Origin: a virus
Lineage: Duplodnaviria > Caudoviricetes
Strand: one strand, 5' to 3'
Virus record (IMG/VR): IMGVR_UViG_3300027976_000143
Coordinates: 1 to 29,715 of that record
DNA length: 29,715 nucleotides
Numbering within the stretch: position 1 is the first letter of the stretch; the number at the start of each line of letters is the position of its first letter. Positions 24,459 through 29,715 of the stretch are shown here, piece by piece. The notes under the pieces are model-generated. The model searched no databases. It saw nothing but the letters and a program-made list of their open reading frames with translations, and was not told where the DNA came from. The position numbers were made by a program, and so were the translations under genes.

Positions 24459-25510
24459 TGGCCGTCACAAGAGTTGCGTCTACCGATACAGGATATACGA
24501 CTGGATCACTGTCGTTATTCCCGCAAGCAAAAGACTCGAAATTCCAGTTATATCAGGCAAGCAACAATTGTGAGACGAAATTAAAGCAAAGTCTCACTTA
24601 TGCTGGCAAATACATCATCGTGGAAGACAATAGTTTGTTTCCAGATAGTGGAATATTGAGAGTCGGCCCGCCACCGGGAAAACCGGGAGCGGCGGAGATG
24701 ATATATTATGAAACAAAAACGGCTGGAGTATTTCGGAACCTCATTCGAGGTTTTGCCGGGTCACGTCAAAACCCTTGGCCTGTAAGCAGTTATGTAACCA
24801 ATGCCGTGTTCGCAGAGCATCACAATGCGACAAAAGATGCAATTATTCAAATTGAACGTGACTTAGGGACGGTAGATTTGCCGGACCCTTTATCATTGAA
24901 CGGAATTCTGAAATCTCAAGAAAACAGGTTCTTGGCTCCCCGTCCTTTGTTTCGTGCATATCCCTTTAGGGGCGCACCGCCATTAAAGGTCAGATTTCAG
25001 AATTTCAGCACGGGACCACTGATTCGATATTTGTGGGATTTCGGAGATGGAACAACATCAATTGAGAAGTCGCCGACTCATACTTTCCAGAAGGACGGCA
25101 CATACACAGTCAAATTGAATGTTATTACATCCTTGGGTGCGCAGGGCGTCATTACAAAGACTAACTATATCACGGTGTCACAAGAAGAAAAACAGCCATT
25201 TTTCTATGTGACGCCAAACCAGGGATATTCAGTTCAGACTGCGACGGCGCTGAATGTTGATCCGACTGTATTTACATATGTGGATCAAACAGATGGAGAT
25301 ATTGTTCAAAGATATTGGATTTTCGATGGGCCGGGCAAACACAATAACGAAGACGTGCCAACCCAGAGCATTCCAGAATACGATCCCAATATCCACACAA
25401 CTACCTTTACATATGACAATCCTGGAGACTACGAGCCTTCTTTGTTAATCTTGTTTGAGAGTCAAAGACTGCAAAGAGCATTCTTAAAAGACAAAATTAC
25501 GGTGACATAA
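24458..25510 (+). CDS. PKD-domain virion protein, paralog A (HHN N-terminal domain + 2 PKD-like domains)
   Basis: GAPPLKVRFQNFSTG...YLWDFGDGTTSIEKSPTHTFQKDGTYTVKLNV is a canonical PKD domain; second degenerate copy (RYWIFDG...YDNPGDYEPSL); AEHHNATKDAIIQIE motif. Confidence 0.88.
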   Translation: MAVTRVASTDTGYTTGSLSLFPQAKDSKFQLYQASNNCETKLKQSLTYAGKYIIVEDNSLFPDSGILRVGPPPGKPGAAEMIYYETKTAGVFRNLIRGFAGSRQNPWPVSSYVTNAVFAEHHNATKDAIIQIERDLGTVDLPDPLSLNGILKSQENRFLAPRPLFRAYPFRGAPPLKVRFQNFSTGPLIRYLWDFGDGTTSIEKSPTHTFQKDGTYTVKLNVITSLGAQGVITKTNYITVSQEEKQPFFYVTPNQGYSVQTATALNVDPTVFTYVDQTDGDIVQRYWIFDGPGKHNNEDVPTQSIPEYDPNIHTTTFTYDNPGDYEPSLLILFESQRLQRAFLKDKITVT

Positions 25511-27777
25511 TGACAATACCAGTAGCCTCTACATATCCGATAACGATTGATACGAATCAGAACTTATATCAAGTTCATGACTCGCTGAGAGTCCGTTTGA
25601 TCGAAGATTACAACCCTGGTGATACTTCAATCACTGTGCTTGGTGACGAATCTACAATGCGAGCATTTAATGCTACTGGCATTATCACCCTCACTGAGCA
25701 GTGCAGCGAACCTGAGTATAGGGCAATTTCTTTTTACTATGGTTCTCGATCATTAACGACTTTTAGTCAACTGGAATTATTGCCAGGGTTTGTAGATGTA
25801 GCAAAACCAAAAAACTTGACCGACGTGACACAAAACGTCATGTCGGTTCATCACAATTCCCTTAAAGATGCTTTGATTGCTATCGAGCAGTTCGCAGGCA
25901 GAAAAGGAGAAGTGGCTCTGCGCCCATTGGAAGGAACAATGGAACAAAGAATCAACTATCTTCGCAAATTAGCTTTGGCACCGAAGGCGTGGTTTAGAGT
26001 TGACAAAACAATTGGACTTGCCCCACTGACTGTGGAGTTTGAAGATCAAAGTTTTCGATTGGGAGGCGATGGGACATCACATCCAATTGAACACTTGTGG
26101 GATTTTGGAGACAATAGTGGACCATCTATTATCACCATAAATGAAGATACAGAAGTTCCATCTAACATAAGTGATGTGTTGGTAAAGGATTCTGACGGCG
26201 GCACAATCAAAAAGACATATACAAGACCGGGCATTTATACTGTCACCCTCACAGTTACGAATGGTTTCGGCTCAGACAGCGTTACTTTTGACGATATTAT
26301 CACTGCTCGTTTTCCAGCATCGGACTATGCAGTAATCAATTTCACTCAAAGAGCGGGTCAAATTGTGACTGCTGGATTGCCAGCCGGTGGCCCATACATC
26401 ACACCGCCAAAAATTAGAACAGCAACAAACAACATCGTAGATATGTCCATCTCTTCTGGAATAAATTCCTACACAGGAAGAACCTATGGTGGCGAAGCTG
26501 TAGATGGAACCAATACCCCAATTGACCCCATTCAAGATTACACATGGTCTTTATCAGACGACTTGGCACACAGTAATTCTCCGAGTGCCAGAGCAGTATT
26601 CAGTGTTGGCGGGGTTTACGACTTAAACCTTCGTGTCGATACAAAATTTGGTGCCTATCGCATTACAAGTTATCAAGACACTTTCGACATTGTTGAAAAA
26701 GTTAATTTGTGGTTGTGGACATACAACAATACAAATTCAGTTTCGTCTTCTGAATTTGGTTTGATAAGCGAAACATTCAAAACAAAGGATGCTGGAAGCC
26801 TAACGCTTGGAGTTGATGATTCATTCTTAGACGGACAACCAAACGAAATGCAACAAAAACGTGAGTTTCACAGGAACAACGGATTTGCACAAAGAGGTTC
26901 AGCAGGATCAGGAGCAGGTGGTGTTGGATTGTTGTATTGGGCCAGCGGCAGAAGTAATGTTGACAGTCCAACAACTGAAGAAATTCTAATGTCTGAATAC
27001 AGTGGATTTGTTGGAACATACACATCTCGACCATCAATTTCACGTCCTTGGAATTGGGTTAGTTTTGCATCATCTGACAGCCTTTATTTCTTTTTAGGTG
27101 GAGTGACCGGAGCTATTGCTCCAAATTCTTCTCCGACCAATCAAGTCAAAAACAGAATGTTGTTAAATGATCTTTCTGTTTCTTCTTCAACACTAGCAAA
27201 TGCCAATTATAAAAACGGTGCTGATGAATTGGCAAATAATGAAGTGACATATGACATTTCTGGCAATCCAAATGAAGGACACATGAGCGTTTATCGTTCA
27301 ACTTGGCATGGAGAAACAGGATTTTTCCTACGAAACGAAGGTGTCGGAGACTTCTTCAGAATCAAGAGCTTTTACAAAACCAGTGGAAATTCAGCGGAAC
27401 CATTTCAAGACATCAGAAAATTACCCGATATGATCGGCTCTGCCAAAGTAGAGGGACAATTATTGTCTTTAAGCCAAGGCGTGTATTTCTTTAGCAATTC
27501 TGGTGCTGTGGCGGCTTATAACCCAACAAGTGGCATTTGGGCAACTGGCGGTCCAGGTTCTAACTCGGCGTCTTTCCGATTGCTACAAGATACAGATGTT
27601 GTTGGTTTTGACAATCCAAATCAAACATTTCTAGCGGCTTCAGATGGAGATCGAACGGCATATTTGAGTTTTGATTACAGCCCCAAGGCATTCATTAAAT
27701 TCAATGAATCAGACACCACATTTAGTGGGGTTACGTCACGTCCAGCGGGGACACAGTGGCAAATGTCGATCTTTTGA
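25510..27777 (+). CDS. PKD-domain virion protein, paralog B (HHN domain + PKD + possible beta-propeller)
   Basis: GLAPLTVEFEDQS...HLWDFGD...YTRPGIYTVTLTVTNGFGSD (PKD); SVHHNSLKDALIAIE motif; Kelch-like LYFFLGG and VYFFSNSGAVAAYNPTSGIW in the C-terminal half. Confidence 0.85.
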   Translation: MTIPVASTYPITIDTNQNLYQVHDSLRVRLIEDYNPGDTSITVLGDESTMRAFNATGIITLTEQCSEPEYRAISFYYGSRSLTTFSQLELLPGFVDVAKPKNLTDVTQNVMSVHHNSLKDALIAIEQFAGRKGEVALRPLEGTMEQRINYLRKLALAPKAWFRVDKTIGLAPLTVEFEDQSFRLGGDGTSHPIEHLWDFGDNSGPSIITINEDTEVPSNISDVLVKDSDGGTIKKTYTRPGIYTVTLTVTNGFGSDSVTFDDIITARFPASDYAVINFTQRAGQIVTAGLPAGGPYITPPKIRTATNNIVDMSISSGINSYTGRTYGGEAVDGTNTPIDPIQDYTWSLSDDLAHSNSPSARAVFSVGGVYDLNLRVDTKFGAYRITSYQDTFDIVEKVNLWLWTYNNTNSVSSSEFGLISETFKTKDAGSLTLGVDDSFLDGQPNEMQQKREFHRNNGFAQRGSAGSGAGGVGLLYWASGRSNVDSPTTEEILMSEYSGFVGTYTSRPSISRPWNWVSFASSDSLYFFLGGVTGAIAPNSSPTNQVKNRMLLNDLSVSSSTLANANYKNGADELANNEVTYDISGNPNEGHMSVYRSTWHGETGFFLRNEGVGDFFRIKSFYKTSGNSAEPFQDIRKLPDMIGSAKVEGQLLSLSQGVYFFSNSGAVAAYNPTSGIWATGGPGSNSASFRLLQDTDVVGFDNPNQTFLAASDGDRTAYLSFDYSPKAFIKFNESDTTFSGVTSRPAGTQWQMSIF

Positions 27778-27786
27778 AAATCAAGG

Positions 27787-27793
27787 CTAAATA
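27787..27793 (+). promoter_or_regulatory. Putative T4-like late promoter (CTAAATA)
   Basis: Intergenic, about 33 nt upstream of GTG 27827. Confidence 0.55.
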
Positions 27794-27826
27794 CATGAAG
27801 CAATACCGCAAGGAATAAGGACCATC

Positions 27827-29715
27827 GTGGCAAACTACTTTCCTCCTACACCCGTTTATCCGAAAAACTATGATAGTGATTATACGCTGTTTTTGGTCTA
27901 CAACACCAGCGAAACCATCACGACCGAGGACAATGCGCCTTGGGCGGCTGAAATTGCCATTAAGCCCATAGCCCCGGACAAAGATGAGTTGTGGGCAACC
28001 AATGGGTTTGCCAATATTGAAGGAGAATTGTTTTACTATGACGACGTTGGGTATAACATTTATGGAAAAATAAACAAATTAAAGCGATGCGCTCGCAACA
28101 TTGGAGGAACTCATACAAAGCATAATCGAACAGGATCAGAAGTTCGAGGCTTTGTTATCGCAGAACATCACAATCAAATTGTTGATGCCATCGTAAAAAT
28201 TGAAGATTTTGTCGGAGCCAACTTCACAGAAGAACAAGCAACATTGGATTGGCGCATTCGCCACCTGCAACAGCTTCCGGTGATATTTGATGATTTTAGT
28301 TGTCCAGACGTGTCATTTGACTTTTACATCGTTAGCGACGACCCAGCTACGGGTATTGTGGCTCGATACACCATCGTTATTGATGGTGTATTTACCAGCT
28401 ATAGATTAGACTTTGGAGATGGAGAATTCACGACGACCTCAACAAGAGGCACACACCGTTATGCTCCAAATGCAGCAATTGATCCAATTATCACAATTGC
28501 CAATTCAAAATGTACCATAGTACAATCGCCAGTTGAAAGAACGGTTGCTACTGAGCCTCCTCCTCAGAACAACCCAACAACATTTGAGATCAAAATTCCA
28601 ACGATCCCGAATATACCGCCTTTCAACCCACCGATTCCACCAACGCCATCCAACATTGTGACGCCACCGCCCATTGTATTTCCATGCTTGGACATTGGGC
28701 CTATTGGATCAATCAACATACCATCAGTTATTGTTATTGAGCCGCCAATCAATTTACCGTCAATTATTGAAATTGTGACGCCATTTAGCTTGCCGTCGCT
28801 GATTGAGATTACGCCTATTGATTTGCCTACGCTTATCACAATTACGTCAGTGAATATCCCGACTTTGATTAGCTTCGGGCCAGTGAATATCCCGACTTTG
28901 ATTAGCTTCGGGCCAGTAAGCATTCCGACTTTGATTAGTTTCGGACCAGTAAGCATCCCGACCCTAATTAACTTCGGACCAGTAAGCATCCCGACCCTAA
29001 TTAACTTCGGTCCTGTATCTGTGCCGACTTTGATTAACTTCGGACCAGTAAGCATCCCGACCCTAATTAACTTCGGACCTGTAAGCATCCCGACCCTAAT
29101 TAACTTCGGACCTGTATCTGTCCCGACCCTGATTAGCTTCGGACCAGTATCTGTGCCGACCCTAATTAACTTCGGACCAGTATCTGTGCCGACCCTAATT
29201 AACTTCGGACCAATATCTGTGCCGACTTTGATTAACTTCGGACCAGTAAGCATCCCGACCCTAATTAACTTCGGACCTGTAAGCATCCCGACCCTAATTA
29301 ACTTCGGACCTGTATCTGTCCCGACCCTGATTAGCTTCGGACCAGTATCTGTGCCGACCCTAATTAACTTCGGACCAGTATCTGTGCCGACCCTAATTAA
29401 CTTCGGACCAATATCTGTGCCGACTTTGATTAACTTTGGTCCTGTATCCATTCCATCGACGATCAACTTTGGTCCTGTATCCATTCCATCGACGATCAAC
29501 TTTGGCCCGGTGAGCTTGCCATCGACGATTAGCTTTGGTCCGGTGAGCTTGCCATCGACGATCAGTTTTGGTCCAACGCCAACATTAGGGCCGATCAGTT
29601 TTGGTCCAACGCCAACATTAGGGCCGATCAGTTTTGGTCCAACGCCAACATTAGGTCCGATCAGTTTTGGTCCAACGCCAACATTAGGTCCGATCAGTTT
29701 TGGTCCAACGCCAAC
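27827..29715 (+). CDS. Paralog C: HHN domain + PKD-like domain + Pro/Ile-rich 11-aa repeat stalk; runs off the right edge (at least 629 aa)
   Basis: Own translation from GTG 27827 (TAAGGA RBS): MANYFPPTPVYPKNYDSDYTLFLVYNTSET...EGELFYYDD...VIAEHHNQIVDAIVKIEDFVG...SYRLDFGDGEFTTTSTRGTHRY...IPTLISFGPVNIPTLISFGPVS... I found no stop before the window end. Confidence 0.88.
   Translation, partial: MANYFPPTPVYPKNYDSDYTLFLVYNTSETITTEDNAPWAAEIAIKPIAPDKDELWATNGFANIEGELFYYDDVGYNIYGKINKLKRCARNIGGTHTKHNRTGSEVRGFVIAEHHNQIVDAIVKIEDFVGANFTEEQATLDWRIRHLQQLPVIFDDFSCPDVSFDFYIVSDDPATGIVARYTIVIDGVFTSYRLDFGDGEFTTTSTRGTHRYAPNAAIDPIITIANSKCTIVQSPVERTVATEPPPQNNPTTFEIKIPTIPNIPPFNPPIPPTPSNIVTPPPIVFPCLDIGPIGSINIPSVIVIEPPINLPSIIEIVTPFSLPSLIEITPIDLPTLITITSVNIPTLISFGPVNIPTLISFGPVSIPTLISFGPVSIPTLINFGPVSIPTLINFGPVSVPTLINFGPVSIPTLINFGPVSIPTLINFGPVSVPTLISFGPVSVPTLINFGPVSVPTLINFGPISVPTLINFGPVSIPTLINFGPVSIPTLINFGPVSVPTLISFGPVSVPTLINFGPVSVPTLINFGPISVPTLINFGPVSIPSTINFGPVSIPSTINFGPVSLPSTISFGPVSLPSTISFGPTPTLGPISFGPTPTLGPISFGPTPTLGPISFGPTPTLGPISFGPTP
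28859..29715 (+). repeat. 33-bp coding tandem repeat, at least 26 units (PTLINFGPVSI, then PSTINFGPVSI, then LGPISFGPTPT)
   Basis: FGP codons recur exactly every 33 bp from 28874 to 29699; units at 29024-29221 and 29222-29419 form an exact 198-bp higher-order duplication. Confidence 0.97.

Noticed and set aside
501-27777. Alternative genetic code (stop-codon reassignment, as in some jumbo phages)
   Set aside because: Genes are full length and tightly packed under code 11. Stops are TAA or TGA. TAG is not used as a stop in the called genes but also does not interrupt them, so there is no positive evidence.
28564-29499. 311-aa - strand ORF with GPKLIRVGTDT repeats
   Set aside because: Antisense shadow of the 33-bp coding repeat. 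The + strand frame has an RBS, a promoter motif and paralogy to the upstream genes.
28859-29715. Possible CRISPR array (33-bp period, partly palindromic)
   Set aside because: Units are contiguous with no unique spacers, vary mainly at synonymous positions, and no cas genes are present.

Overview
This window is a late (virion morphogenesis) region of a large contractile-tailed phage, most likely a jumbo myophage. Almost all genes are on the + strand and tightly coupled. The order is: T4 gp2-like DNA end protector; a 3314-aa tape measure protein built from ~80-86-aa repeats, including a recent 4.4 x 258-bp expansion; tube initiator; gp53/LysM-like; hub; gp5/VgrG-like spike (24 Cys, no adjacent PAAR gene); gp25; gp6/J; gp7/I-like; tail-collar and fibre-like proteins. 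Then come a degenerate GT-A-fold protein, an inverted nucleoside deoxyribosyltransferase-like gene, a coiled-coil protein and three paralogous PKD-type proteins sharing an HHN-motif N-terminal domain. The third paralog (27827 to window end, absent from the ORF track) carries at least 26 tandem 11-aa FGP repeats. A double zinc-ribbon gene with an (SE)7 microsatellite runs off the left edge on the - strand, also absent from the track. CTAAATA motifs resembling T4 late promoters precede structural genes, while the two - strand genes have sigma70-type promoters. All family calls come from motif recognition by eye; no database searches were run.
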